Shown: positions 1 to 10,385, counted from the first letter of the stretch. The stretch: 32,176 bases of DNA from a virus (IMGVR_UViG_3300032305_000824:1-32176); one strand, 5' to 3'. Numbers and translations are program-made. The notes: generated by a model from the sequence alone, not told the origin.

Positions 1-587
1 TCATTCTCACACCAGTAGACATTTTCAAGATCTGCTTTTGCAATTATACCATCTATTTGTGCGTCCTTGTTAATTTTCTGAATTGACACGACATTTGCAA
101 ATTGATTTGCTGGATTATCTACCAAAGATAATTCATTAAGTTCATAATCTTTAACAACTCTAATTGTCTTAGCAACATTTTCATCATAGGCATTTTCTGA
201 ATCTTTAATTATTCCGCCAATTGAAAAACCTGAAAGAGTTCCATCAAGTACTTTTTCCCAAGTATCTTGAGCACCTTTAGAAATATAAGCATCTACATAA
301 ACACCATTGTAAAGTCTATCCGTAGACTTATCAAAAAACTTTTCTTGTCTAAAATTAACAACCTTGCCTACTGCAATAGATTGATGCATTTCTCTTAAAT
401 TACCACGAAACATTTCAAAGGCTTTTATACTAACATCAGTGGGAACAATATCTGCTTGTTTGTCAAGGTTATCAAGCGTAGCAAAACCAGAAACGATTCT
501 ACGCTCTACATCCACTTTAGCAATTGGCATAGATAACTTTATATCATCGTTATCTGAAGTCCAATAAGCCTTGCTTAAATTAGTCAT
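1..587 (-). CDS. Prohead (capsid maturation) protease, HK97-type; 3'-truncated by the window edge
   Basis: Not in the ORF track; translated by hand from ATG at 587: MTNLSKAYWTSDNDDIKLSMPIAKVDVERRIVSGFATLDNLDKQADIV...LREMHQ...WEKVLDGTLSGFSIGG...LNELSLVDNPANQFA. The EMH, GFSIGG and ELSLVDxPAN motifs are typical of phage prohead serine proteases, and the gene lies directly downstream of the portal. Confidence 0.9.
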   Translation of the reverse strand, partial: MTNLSKAYWTSDNDDIKLSMPIAKVDVERRIVSGFATLDNLDKQADIVPTDVSIKAFEMFRGNLREMHQSIAVGKVVNFRQEKFFDKSTDRLYNGVYVDAYISKGAQDTWEKVLDGTLSGFSIGGIIKDSENAYDENVAKTIRVVKDYELNELSLVDNPANQFANVVSIQKINKDAQIDGIIAKADLENVYWCEN

Positions 588-637
588 GTTACTTCCTATT
601 ATATATGTATTTTTTATATATTTATAATATTGTTATA

Positions 638-2197
638 TTATACTACAGATCTTCCTTCGCCACCAGGATTTCTTCCTGTTGTGGTTGCAGATGAATCTGA
701 AGCCTCATCAGTTCTTTGCTGATCTCTTTGTCTTGTACCAGCCATCTGAGCATTTTGCTCTGCACGTTGTTGAGGGGTCATAACTACTGGAGTATCTCCT
801 GATGGAACTACTGGAAGTCCAAGTCTAGGTCTGATATCATTTGGAACAACAACTTGTGCTCTTAGATATCTTTCATCAATTTGACTTTGAGTATTTTCAT
901 CAGTCAAAGTTAATTCATTAAACTTTAATAAAAGAATGTCTGTCTTTTCTTTAATAAGTTTATTGATTGTTTTTTCTAAATTCTTTTGAGCTGGTCTTGC
1001 TACCTGCTCTTTAAATGTTCTATCAGATACAAGTGCTGATGCAATTGAACTACCAGGATCTGAACCAACTTTAGAAATTGGAACTTGATGTGCCATAAGG
1101 ATGTCGTGAACATTTGAAGTTCTATATTTATCAAATGAACCTTCTTGAATTCCATTTTCAACTGGTTCCATTTTAAACTCTACCTTGTTATCTGGACCGT
1201 CTCCAGGAAGTGGGATATAAAGAGTTCTATGATTCTGTCCACGAAGACCAGACTGCAGGAATCTAAATAACTTATCTTCTGCTTCTGAACTTAGCTTTGC
1301 ACCTTTAAGTGTAACAATGTATCTTGGGACTGCTTTGTTTTCAAAATAATCAATATTGTATCTTGCAGCAAGGTGATCTCCAACTACTGAAGTTGCAGCA
1401 GATACAACATCTGGAACTCCGTAGTAGGTATTCTTTGGACTATATTTTTTAATGTGGATAAGTTCGTTTGGTCTTTGATCTGTTGTAACTGGATTTACTG
1501 TTTTTTTATCTTGAAAGTTTTTAAAGAAAACAACTCTTTGATTTACAATCTGAACATAGCCATCACGCATACGTCTTACACGAACAGTTGTTGCAGGGAT
1601 ATGACCAATGTAGCCAATCTCTCCAGTATTCTTTCTTCCAATTTCAATATATCCATTTCCAGTTGCTTCATAGTCTGTCATTGCTTTTTCAAGGACGTGG
1701 GTAAAAGTATCTTCATCATTCAATTCTTCAAGCCAATTTGCAAGGTCAGACTTTGCTCTTTCAACTTTTCTTTGTGCTCTAACTCTTTGGTTTGTATCGT
1801 CAATTTCTTCTATTCTTGCTTTAACAATATCAGACATTATAAAACCGTATCCAAGACCAACTGTGTTTGCAACCTTTGCATTAATTGCAGCGTGGTTTGC
1901 AAATGAATTGTCAAAAAAGAATGCTAGTTCATCAAGATTGTAAGGTGGTAAAACAACATCAAAAAGACCGTAGGCTGTGGTTATATCTTGTTCTGGAAAT
2001 AACTGCTTAGATTTTGCACCGTCTTGACCAGTATAGGCTTTATTCATTCTTGTGATTCTACGTTTAAAGTTTGCATCTATGCCATCAAAAACTTTTACAA
2101 GATCGGCTTCGGTCATAAAGTCATCTGTTTTATTTGCAGTTGGCTTATTTCTATCTAGATTATCAATTCTAGCAATAACTTCATTAGTCATTTCCAT
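638..2197 (-). CDS. Phage portal protein
   Basis: 519 aa with DYEATGNGYIE, ELIHIKKYSPKNTYYGVP, YFENKAVP and ILMAHQVP motifs characteristic of HK97/PBSX-like portals; adjacent to the protease. Confidence 0.9.
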   Translation of the reverse strand: MEMTNEVIARIDNLDRNKPTANKTDDFMTEADLVKVFDGIDANFKRRITRMNKAYTGQDGAKSKQLFPEQDITTAYGLFDVVLPPYNLDELAFFFDNSFANHAAINAKVANTVGLGYGFIMSDIVKARIEEIDDTNQRVRAQRKVERAKSDLANWLEELNDEDTFTHVLEKAMTDYEATGNGYIEIGRKNTGEIGYIGHIPATTVRVRRMRDGYVQIVNQRVVFFKNFQDKKTVNPVTTDQRPNELIHIKKYSPKNTYYGVPDVVSAATSVVGDHLAARYNIDYFENKAVPRYIVTLKGAKLSSEAEDKLFRFLQSGLRGQNHRTLYIPLPGDGPDNKVEFKMEPVENGIQEGSFDKYRTSNVHDILMAHQVPISKVGSDPGSSIASALVSDRTFKEQVARPAQKNLEKTINKLIKEKTDILLLKFNELTLTDENTQSQIDERYLRAQVVVPNDIRPRLGLPVVPSGDTPVVMTPQQRAEQNAQMAGTRQRDQQRTDEASDSSATTTGRNPGGEGRSVV

Positions 2198-2555
2198 GTG
2201 TTTTTAGCCCCTTTGCAGCATCAGCAAAAGCACCAGCGTCAAACTCACTTGGTATGTAGCCTTGTTTCATTCTATCAATTTGAACAGAATGCTCTTCATC
2301 TGTAATTCTTGTTACCCCTGCCATAAACCTTGCTTCTCCTGGACCAGCACCGTAGTGTGCTGCAGCCTGAGTAATTCTGTTAATAGCAGCTATATCATAT
2401 TTTCGGGCTGGAATATTCATAAAACTTCCATTGCCATCTCCAAATATTTTTCCTGTTTCTGTTTTCCAAACATATATTCCATATTCAGCACTGTCTTCTA
2501 CGACCCTTACTTTTGGCTTGTTTGGCAGTTTTTGTAATCCTTCTATATAATCCAT
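2184..2555 (-). CDS. Hypothetical phage protein upstream of the portal
   Basis: 123-aa ORF overlapping the portal start; preceded by TGGTACAAT-6nt-ATG (leaderless-type promoter). Confidence 0.75.
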   Translation of the reverse strand: MDYIEGLQKLPNKPKVRVVEDSAEYGIYVWKTETGKIFGDGNGSFMNIPARKYDIAAINRITQAAAHYGAGPGEARFMAGVTRITDEEHSVQIDRMKQGYIPSEFDAGAFADAAKGLKTHGND

Positions 2556-2581
2556 GACATCATTGTACCATAAAATATCAT

Positions 2582-5500
2582 TTAAACCAAAAATACGTCC
2601 CAGGTTACGTCATTTATTACCACAACAGAGTCGTGGCTAACATTAACTACACTATTATCATCAACAATTCCAGAGGACAGACCAGCATAGGTGTTAAAAA
2701 TTTCTTTTGCATTTAAAGAAAGTAGGGATACTTCTTGTGATTGTTCATTTAAAATTGTAGCCCAGGAAGAGGATGCAGACCAATACTGCCAGCTTTCATT
2801 TATAACAGCATTAGTTTCATTATCAAGATTGTCTGAAATTCCTGACCAATCATCATAAGTAGACAAGTTTTGTTTAATAGAATCTAGTTCTACAAAGCTT
2901 GCAACATTATCTACTTTTACTCCAGAATATATTTCTATTTCTCCAATAGATGAATCTAAATATATTGGATAGTGATCTTCTGCAGGTTCTTTTTCAAAAG
3001 ATATAGCAATGTAGTTCCAAGCCAATGGCTCAATCAATATTTTATTAACTAAATTTCCATTTAAAAAGAATCTAGTATTGCTAAGCTCTGCACCAGTATC
3101 AGAATGAAAAATATTAAAGAAGGCTCTTTTACCATCATCTTCAGGATTTAAAACAATGTCAAATGACTCATCAGAACTAAATATTTTACCAATCTTCCTT
3201 CTTTCAGTAAATACATTAGATTCGTTATACATTAAAAACATTTGTAGTCCAACAACTTCTTGATCAATTTTTAGTGAATCATTTATTGGAATAGCAATTC
3301 CTTTTAATAAATTTTCATCTACATCTGGCAAAACTTCTATTCCAGAATCTCCAGCTAAGTATAAATATGGGGATGACTCAGTATTAATAACTATTGGGGT
3401 ATTTCTTTTATAGACATACTGATCTTCATTTTTAACTATTGGATAGAATTTTCCTCCACTAGGAGTATTGATTGAATAGAATTGTCCTTCATCAAAAGAC
3501 AGTGAAGCAAATCCCATATTTTTAATCTTTACATTTTCTGTTTTTACTCCCTTAGAAGAAACTTCAATATGAACAGTTATGTAGTAGTTTGTAAAACCAG
3601 ATACGTCTTTTGGTGGATAAATAATAGTTCCATCATTAATCTTATACTTTGTATTTTCTGAAGAAGTAATTTCTCCTAAATCTAATATTTTATTCATTCC
3701 AATATTTTCTACATTTGTAAACTGAGTATATACTACCTGACCAATTTCAACAATATTTTGTAATGTTATATAAACTTTTGTTGACAAAGAATCTTGATAA
3801 TTTGAAGAATTTTGATTATACTTTGAAAATATTGAACTTGGTGTATCAATATTAAATTGTAACAAATCTAAGTCATATTTTAATTTACCGTCAGCCTGAG
3901 TTATGTACTTTCCAAAATAAGAAAGAGGTATTGAATTTTCCCAATACCCTGAAACTCCTACATCTAAAATTATTGAAGTGTTTGTTGTTTTTGGTAGCAA
4001 GGTATAAGATCCAATGTAGTCATAGAGGTCTACATTAAAGTCTTTAATTGCTATTCCAGATGAATTAAATATTTGAGACCCATCTTTATCTGTAAAGAAA
4101 TCATTGTTAAGTGTTAAAGAAAATATTTTTCCAAGGAATGTTTCTTCTTGATTTCCTGCAAAGTTTAAAGAAAGAGATTCTGGTCTTGAGAAAAAAGATC
4201 CAATAGTTGAGTAATAGGTTTGCTCAATTTTATCAAAATCAATACCTACTGCAAAGTATGAGCTTGCACCAATAGGTGCTGAATTTAAAATAGTTTCATT
4301 ATAAATATACTGAATACTTCCAGAGTTTATTGCTACTTCAAAAATGTTGCCATCAAAATTATTTGAAATATACATTAAAGATTGCCTTGTTGAGACATTG
4401 CTTGAAGACTTAAGTATTGAGTGTATAGATCTTGTTTGAGAACTTGTTTGATTTAATTTTGAAAAATAGATTGTTCCATAAGAGTTACTCGTTGCATATA
4501 AATTATTTGGATCCATTGAGATGTATGGGTAATCTTCATTTTGTATTGCATAATTTTCTTCATAAAAACCTGAAGTAACTAAAGATTTTTGAGAACTTGT
4601 TGATGCTGAATTATTATTAAATATAATTTCTGGCAATTGATATTCTGGCAAAGTAATACCTTTATCGTCAGCTACAAGGTTATTATAAAATCCATCATTC
4701 CATTTACTTCTATCTGGATATCTTATTGTAGAGCTATATCCAGAAAATGGAAAATCTACATATGACAGTGTTCCATTTTTTGATGCAACAATATTTTCTT
4801 GTTCTTGAACACCCTGTCCAAATACATATCTTTTCTTTGCAACTTGCTCTGCAACAGCGTATGGGAATATTGAAAATGAATCTATTTCAAAAAGATATAT
4901 AAACTCATCTGTATAAAATCCTAAATAATCTTCACTTTCTAATGGGAAGGTTGAAATATCTAAAGACTCAATCGTAATTGATATTACCTTTTCTCCATTA
5001 ATCATTAAGAATATTTCATTTTGGCTTTGACAGAAATGAACTAACATTGGTCTATACCATTTTCCAATAAAATAAGACTTAGAATAGCTTCCAACATTTA
5101 CAGTTATAAAATCTCTATCAACATATATTCCATCTTCTGATGCAAGTGGACCAAATATTCTTCTTCTTGTAAGTGCTTCAGGATTAATTCTTAGCCAAAA
5201 TTCTGCTGTGAGTGTTTTGTTAGCCCCATACTGATTTAAAAATCCTTTTCCAGGAAACACTAACGATGGGATTTTATAATATTGTTCAGAATCATCGTAT
5301 ATAGAAGCATTTCTTCCGTCAAGGAATGTTGTATAAGATGATGAAGCAGAGCCTCCATCGAATAACAACTCTTCTAAAGAAGATCCATCAACTAGTGGTA
5401 ATTGACTTACAAGAATATTATCTCTATTTAATTTAATATTTCCAGAAGAGCCATACACCATAGGGATGCCTGATAGCTTTGCAAAAATAGAATTATTTAC

Positions 5501-6232
5501 AGATAAAATATGCCCATGATCTGAGTCATCATTAAAGCCATATGGATCTATAGTAGTACTTTTCATTTCTCCAGGATAGTCTATTAGGGAGCTAATATTG
5601 TTTGGCAACACAGCAATAGATGCACTAGAAATTCCAGTGCTTATTGAATTATATTGCTCAGACCACTGTCCAAGAGATACTCCATTGAAATAAATAGAAG
5701 ACTCTGCCTCAAGTGCATCAACGACTGGATCAAATACAACTCTTATAAAAGGAATAAAGCTTACTCCATCTGTACTTTCAGTATGAGATATTTTTTCCCA
5801 GATGTTTGTTTTTAAAAATGAATACCTTGTAAATAATTCTTGTCCATCTATAACAAATCCTATGTCTGCATATAAAATAGAAGTTTGCTCAGGAATGTAC
5901 ATATAAGTAGATACACAAACACTACCTTTATTTGGGTCAAACTCTGAATAAGATACAGAAGATGATAAAGATAACTTGAACTCTACCGTTGCTGCTGAGG
6001 CTGTAGCAAGATATATCTTGTTTACATCTAAATCATCAAAAGGGTATCCAGACAATGTAAATGCAGAAGCTGAGTTAATAGCATTATCAAAATCCCAATT
6101 ATATTCTGTTATTTCTTTTTCTGCTTGAGAAATTAAAGAAACAAAATAATTTGGCTCATCCATAGCCCACAAAGCCACTGGATGCTCTGCATAGACTCTA
6201 GAAGCATAAAGACTTGAACTTGTGTAGGACAT
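2582..6232 (-). CDS. Large virion structural protein with LamG/concanavalin-A-like beta-sandwich region(s) (minor tail/baseplate-like)
   Basis: 1216 aa, beta-rich. N-terminal 'EHPVALWAMDE' and internal 'LTAEFWLRI...MLVHF...LMINGEKV...IDSFSIFPY' resemble LamG-like folds. SD-like GAGG and TGATAAAAT lie upstream. Function is inferred. Confidence 0.6.
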   Translation of the reverse strand: MSYTSSSLYASRVYAEHPVALWAMDEPNYFVSLISQAEKEITEYNWDFDNAINSASAFTLSGYPFDDLDVNKIYLATASAATVEFKLSLSSSVSYSEFDPNKGSVCVSTYMYIPEQTSILYADIGFVIDGQELFTRYSFLKTNIWEKISHTESTDGVSFIPFIRVVFDPVVDALEAESSIYFNGVSLGQWSEQYNSISTGISSASIAVLPNNISSLIDYPGEMKSTTIDPYGFNDDSDHGHILSVNNSIFAKLSGIPMVYGSSGNIKLNRDNILVSQLPLVDGSSLEELLFDGGSASSSYTTFLDGRNASIYDDSEQYYKIPSLVFPGKGFLNQYGANKTLTAEFWLRINPEALTRRRIFGPLASEDGIYVDRDFITVNVGSYSKSYFIGKWYRPMLVHFCQSQNEIFLMINGEKVISITIESLDISTFPLESEDYLGFYTDEFIYLFEIDSFSIFPYAVAEQVAKKRYVFGQGVQEQENIVASKNGTLSYVDFPFSGYSSTIRYPDRSKWNDGFYNNLVADDKGITLPEYQLPEIIFNNNSASTSSQKSLVTSGFYEENYAIQNEDYPYISMDPNNLYATSNSYGTIYFSKLNQTSSQTRSIHSILKSSSNVSTRQSLMYISNNFDGNIFEVAINSGSIQYIYNETILNSAPIGASSYFAVGIDFDKIEQTYYSTIGSFFSRPESLSLNFAGNQEETFLGKIFSLTLNNDFFTDKDGSQIFNSSGIAIKDFNVDLYDYIGSYTLLPKTTNTSIILDVGVSGYWENSIPLSYFGKYITQADGKLKYDLDLLQFNIDTPSSIFSKYNQNSSNYQDSLSTKVYITLQNIVEIGQVVYTQFTNVENIGMNKILDLGEITSSENTKYKINDGTIIYPPKDVSGFTNYYITVHIEVSSKGVKTENVKIKNMGFASLSFDEGQFYSINTPSGGKFYPIVKNEDQYVYKRNTPIVINTESSPYLYLAGDSGIEVLPDVDENLLKGIAIPINDSLKIDQEVVGLQMFLMYNESNVFTERRKIGKIFSSDESFDIVLNPEDDGKRAFFNIFHSDTGAELSNTRFFLNGNLVNKILIEPLAWNYIAISFEKEPAEDHYPIYLDSSIGEIEIYSGVKVDNVASFVELDSIKQNLSTYDDWSGISDNLDNETNAVINESWQYWSASSSWATILNEQSQEVSLLSLNAKEIFNTYAGLSSGIVDDNSVVNVSHDSVVVINDVTWDVFLV

Positions 6233-6263
6233 AGATTACCTCTATCCTATTTTATCATAGACC

Positions 6264-8204
6264 TTACCTTGTAATGTCTACAATTTCACAAGATCCAGCT
6301 ACGCAACTTAATTCTTGACTACCAGTTGTGCCATCGGTTGTTTCGTATAAAGAAAGCATTTCCCATTTAATTGAATCTGGCATCTTGTCTAAATATGACT
6401 CGTATTCTTCTTTAGAAATTTCTTGGTATGGAGCTTGCTTATAAGAGTGCTCTGTTGATGGAAGGAATGATACTCCACCAATTGAATCAAAGTTATCGAA
6501 TACCCAAGCACCAACACGCATCCATTCATTTTCTTCAACATTAATAGTAACACTTGGATTATGCTCTGTCCAATGAGTTCTATATGTTTTCCACATTTCA
6601 AGATGATCAATTGCAGTTAAATCTTTAGTAAGGACTGCATTCTTTGGAGCCTTAATTGGAAAATAAAATACAGTTGTTAATTCTGGCTTCATAACATCTG
6701 GTTCAAATGGAATACCAGAGTCTTTTAAGAATTGTGTCAATGGATCTTTATTATCTGCTCTGACACTTCTAATGTAGTATTCTGAATACCACGGGTGAAT
6801 TCCAGAGGATACTCCTGTAAGCTGTGAAACTGTCCCTGAAGGCTTTACACAAGTAATTGATACTGATGGATTAATATTTAAAGATTTAGCCTCTTTATCA
6901 TTTACTGAAACAGATAGATGTCTCATTTCATCAAGGAGTAACTCAAGTGCTTTACCATTTGTAGCAGTAATTTTATTTCCATAAATACCTGTTAAAGATA
7001 CGCCAAGAAGTCTTTCTTCTTCACAATTATCTTTCCAAGTTTTTCTAATATATTTAAAGTTCGTTAAAGTTGATTGCCAAGTTCCAAGAATTGTAGCCAG
7101 TCTTACTTTTTCAAGCAAGGTCTCTTTGGTATCACTTGCATCAATAACAACTTCAGTTAAATTACAAAATTCATTTGGACGAAGAAGAATTTCTCCACAA
7201 GGATTGGTTCCTCCAACAAGGCTTGAATCTCTACGACCAAACTTGTCAATGTGCTTACGAACAGAGTCAATGTTATAAATTCCACGTTCGCCAGACTTTG
7301 ATTCGTACAGGTTTCTCCACTCACGAAGGAACTGTGCGGTATTTGGCTTTGAATTATATACAGCAGAGTTATTTGCTAACGCTCTTTGACCATTACTTTC
7401 CCACCATTGACCACTCTTAGCTTTTGCCATTTCAAAATCATCTAGGTTGGAAAGTGAAATTAAAGCACTTCTACGAACTCCTCCAACAACAACAACTTCT
7501 CCAATTTTACACATTAGGTCGTGTGCCTCAATTGACTTCAATCTTCTTCCTGATGCAGATTTAAATGTTTCAATTGTAAAATTAAAAAGATCTACTAACG
7601 GATCTGGACCAGATGCTCTGCCACCAAATACTTTAAGTCTTGCTCCAGCAGGACGAACCTTTGAAACATCCCAGTTTGGAATTTGACCTTGGCAAAGAAG
7701 TGCAATTAACTCTTTGTAAGCCTTTGCCCAACCAAGCTTTGAATCATCAACAACTATGGTTGTGTTTGTTTGAAAGAATGACTCTGCAATAACTGGCAAC
7801 TGACTTATGTATTTTTGTTCAACGCTAAAACCAACTCCAGTACCGTTCATAAGGATATACATAGCCTCATCAAAGGCTCTAGGATTGTCTACAGCAATGA
7901 ATGAGCAATTGTAGGCTGCAATGTGGTCTCTTTCTAAAGCTGGTCCAGCAGTCATCAGTGCCCTCATAGATGGCATTATGTGATGATGCAAGATTGCTTC
8001 TCTAACTTCATTAAAGACTTTTGCATTTGGACTATAGCCGTGATTAAGCACAAGATGATCTCGCATAAAGTTACAATATCTGTCAACTGTTTCCTCCCAC
8101 GTTTCTCTGCGATTTTCGCTTTCAACCCATCTAGCATATCTTGAAATATGGATAAAGTTGCGGTATGGATCTGTTATAGATCCGTTGGAGTCAATAAATG
8201 ACAT
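6264..8204 (-). CDS. nrdJ: Class II adenosylcobalamin-dependent ribonucleotide reductase (monomeric RTPR type)
   Basis: SRYARW/RRETW N-terminus, MPSMRAL, YNCSF, GGVRRSA, catalytic TNPCGE, FCNL, TCVKPSGTVS and C-terminal CxxxxC (CVAGSC). The start was moved from 8261 to ATG 8204 (MSFIDSNG), which follows an SD-like AAGGA. Confidence 0.93.
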   Translation of the reverse strand: MSFIDSNGSITDPYRNFIHISRYARWVESENRRETWEETVDRYCNFMRDHLVLNHGYSPNAKVFNEVREAILHHHIMPSMRALMTAGPALERDHIAAYNCSFIAVDNPRAFDEAMYILMNGTGVGFSVEQKYISQLPVIAESFFQTNTTIVVDDSKLGWAKAYKELIALLCQGQIPNWDVSKVRPAGARLKVFGGRASGPDPLVDLFNFTIETFKSASGRRLKSIEAHDLMCKIGEVVVVGGVRRSALISLSNLDDFEMAKAKSGQWWESNGQRALANNSAVYNSKPNTAQFLREWRNLYESKSGERGIYNIDSVRKHIDKFGRRDSSLVGGTNPCGEILLRPNEFCNLTEVVIDASDTKETLLEKVRLATILGTWQSTLTNFKYIRKTWKDNCEEERLLGVSLTGIYGNKITATNGKALELLLDEMRHLSVSVNDKEAKSLNINPSVSITCVKPSGTVSQLTGVSSGIHPWYSEYYIRSVRADNKDPLTQFLKDSGIPFEPDVMKPELTTVFYFPIKAPKNAVLTKDLTAIDHLEMWKTYRTHWTEHNPSVTINVEENEWMRVGAWVFDNFDSIGGVSFLPSTEHSYKQAPYQEISKEEYESYLDKMPDSIKWEMLSLYETTDGTTGSQELSCVAGSCEIVDITR

Positions 8205-8271
8205 TATGTAACACGTCCTTCTGGTAAAATGGGAATAGTTACATTGTACACTAATATTCAAGGAGAAGCAA

Positions 8272-8493
8272 ATGGAGTTAACAATTCAAGAAGTAACTTA
8301 CTATAACGATCTTGTAAAAAATAATAAAGCATTAAAAATAGAATGTCAATTTAATAAAGAAGATACAATTATTTCTAGAGTTGACAGTAGTGATAAAGTT
8401 TTCTTTTATTGTCTTGGATGTAGATCATCTTTTTATCCAGGAATTAATTTGATAGAAAGAATTAAAGGTTATATTTCTTTAGCTACTTCTTAA
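8272..8493 (+). CDS. Small hypothetical protein, possible Zn-ribbon
   Basis: 73 aa; AAGGAG SD; Cys pattern C...YCLGC; divergent from nrdJ. Confidence 0.7.
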   Translation: MELTIQEVTYYNDLVKNNKALKIECQFNKEDTIISRVDSSDKVFFYCLGCRSSFYPGINLIERIKGYISLATS

Positions 8494-9013
8494 ATAAAAT
8501 TTTAGAGTTTCCTGTTGACTCTTGAATATATCTTCTATTAACAAAATTCTTATCGCCTGGTTTTTTAATTTTGTCTCTTACTGAAAATGTATTAAAGACA
8601 GTTCCAGGGGCAAAGTAAGAAACAATTCCTTGACCAATTGCTAATGCATAAACTTCTTCATCTATTTCTTTTGAATCATTTGTTAAATTAATACCAAGTG
8701 TAGGGCACTTAAAATTCATATCATATTCTTCTCTTGGCATAGATCTTTTTACAAGTGGCATAGTTTTAATTTCAGCCTTTGAACATTGATAGTAAATTTT
8801 ATCTCCAAGCTCTTGCATATTTTGATCATTATTATACAAATAAGCATTGAATAGTTCTTCTGCTGGATATTCTGGTATAAAAAGACTAATGCATATGTCA
8901 GCATTTTGTTCGTGAACTGCTAAGTTGTGGGGAGTTTCTTGTCTAATATATTTCTTTAAAAAAGTTTTAACTGGTTCTGAATATTCATCGCTTTTTATAT
9001 ATATTTTAGCCAT
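8483..9013 (-). CDS. Hypothetical protein, degenerate Amidase_3-like fold
   Basis: Likely start ATG 9013 (MAKIYIK), preceded by TATAAT-6nt. 'ADICISL' and 'ALAIGQGIVSYF' echo Amidase_3 motifs, but the Zn-ligand His residues are not evident. Confidence 0.6.
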   Translation of the reverse strand: MAKIYIKSDEYSEPVKTFLKKYIRQETPHNLAVHEQNADICISLFIPEYPAEELFNAYLYNNDQNMQELGDKIYYQCSKAEIKTMPLVKRSMPREEYDMNFKCPTLGINLTNDSKEIDEEVYALAIGQGIVSYFAPGTVFNTFSVRDKIKKPGDKNFVNRRYIQESTGNSKILFKK

Positions 9014-9020
9014 ACATATA

Positions 9021-10115
9021 TTATAGCGTAAGAATTTTTTTACAAACTTCATCCCAGTCATATCCTCTTTGCTTCATAGAGAATTGCTCAGATATAATTT
9101 CAAAGTTTTTAGTTCTTTCTTCAAGTCTAACTTTTGGATCTAATAATTCTTCCATATGACCAATCCATTCATCAGGAGTATTTGCAATTCTTCCAACTCC
9201 AGAATCTGCAAACAGTTGATACTCTGGAAGTCCTCCAGATGCAATAAAAGGAATTCCTGCTGCTGCATTTTCTAAACCTTTTAAATATGACTTAGCGTGA
9301 TTAAATTCAACATTTCTTAATGGAACAATTCCAACATCCATTCTTCTATATAATTCTGGAACATTTAACATTGTTTTCATTGGTTCAAACGAGCAAAGTT
9401 TTTTATCAATTCCAATTTGATCTGATGCTGATGGAGCATTAATAACATTTCCTGCGTGGTGAAACTTTAAATGTTTCTTTTTTAAATACTCTCCAAAAAA
9501 TGGTTTTAATGTTTCTAGGTCTCCAGATCTCCAGGGAGTAGCACCAACCCAACCAAACGTTGGAAGACGACCAGCATGGTCTTTTCTTTTTATTCCCCAT
9601 CTTTCAAGGTCAATACCATTTCTTATTAAAAATATTGGCTTGTCTGGATACTTTTTTTGATAGTAATCTTTTAAAAATGGGGTAGAAGTTATTAAAGCAT
9701 CTGCTTGTTCAATAATTGCAACATAGTGATCTCTATTATTATCTGGATTTGAATCTGGATGAGTTGTTTTATAAGCAAGATTTGTTTCTTCAAGACCTTC
9801 CATATGATCATCAATATCAACAACAATTTTTTGACCAAGTTCTCTTGCTTTTCTAACATGGTCAACAAATCTTTTAAGCATAACTAATTTTAGAACAATT
9901 ATGTCCCATCCGTGTATTGCTTTTTCATCTGGAATTAAAATACCAAAAGCATGTTCTTCGCTAAATCCTGGTATTCCAATTCCACTTTCCCAGCCATGCT
10001 CCTTCAATTGCTTCATTGGAAGGTATGCTCTATACCATCCACATCCGTTTGGCTGTAGTGGCTTTACGCCAAATGACCAGTCATAGGTTAAAAAAGCAAT
10101 TGTCGGAGTTGGCAT
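9021..10115 (-). CDS. Glycosyltransferase, GT-B fold (GT4-like)
   Basis: GCGWYR, VVDIDD, ADALITSTPFL, IRNGID, FGWVG, DVGIVPL...FNHAKSYLKGLE..AAGIPFIAS motifs typical of phage GT-B glycosyltransferases. Confidence 0.88.
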   Translation of the reverse strand: MPTPTIAFLTYDWSFGVKPLQPNGCGWYRAYLPMKQLKEHGWESGIGIPGFSEEHAFGILIPDEKAIHGWDIIVLKLVMLKRFVDHVRKARELGQKIVVDIDDHMEGLEETNLAYKTTHPDSNPDNNRDHYVAIIEQADALITSTPFLKDYYQKKYPDKPIFLIRNGIDLERWGIKRKDHAGRLPTFGWVGATPWRSGDLETLKPFFGEYLKKKHLKFHHAGNVINAPSASDQIGIDKKLCSFEPMKTMLNVPELYRRMDVGIVPLRNVEFNHAKSYLKGLENAAAGIPFIASGGLPEYQLFADSGVGRIANTPDEWIGHMEELLDPKVRLEERTKNFEIISEQFSMKQRGYDWDEVCKKILTL

Positions 10116-10121
10116 AGGTAA

Positions 10122-10385
10122 TTACTTCTTTGTAATCTTTTTAACTGATTCTAAAACTTCTTTAGCAAATTCATCTGAAGTTGATTTACCAGAAATTTTT
10201 CCAAATGCAATGTCATTCTTATTAAAGAATCTAATAGCAACTGGTGCAAATGCAGCAACTAGGGCATAGACATATGTATAGATATCTGTATTACCTGCCA
10301 TATATAGTGCAAGTGCTGCACCTAAGAATGAGCGACCATAAGATTGCAACATTTCTTTTTGTGATTTTGTTAACGTGAGTACCAT
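10122..10385 (-). CDS. Holin-like small membrane protein
   Basis: 87 aa, two hydrophobic segments (SFLGAALALYMAG; YVYALVAAFAPVAI) and a charged C-terminus; AGGAG SD. Confidence 0.65.
   Translation of the reverse strand: MVLTLTKSQKEMLQSYGRSFLGAALALYMAGNTDIYTYVYALVAAFAPVAIRFFNKNDIAFGKISGKSTSDEFAKEVLESVKKITKK

Noticed and set aside
8205-8261. Extended nrdJ N-terminus from the ORF track (and likewise 9014-9061 for the 192-aa ORF)
   Set aside because: Downstream ATGs (8204, 9013) have SD or leaderless-promoter support, and the extensions overlap promoter sequence or the neighbouring gene.
1454-10086. Antisense or nested ORFs within the portal, nrdJ and glycosyltransferase (1454..1906, 2262..2537, 6389..6610, 7175..7420, 7447..7686, 9901..10086)
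   Set aside because: They fully overlap well-supported genes and have no recognisable motifs.
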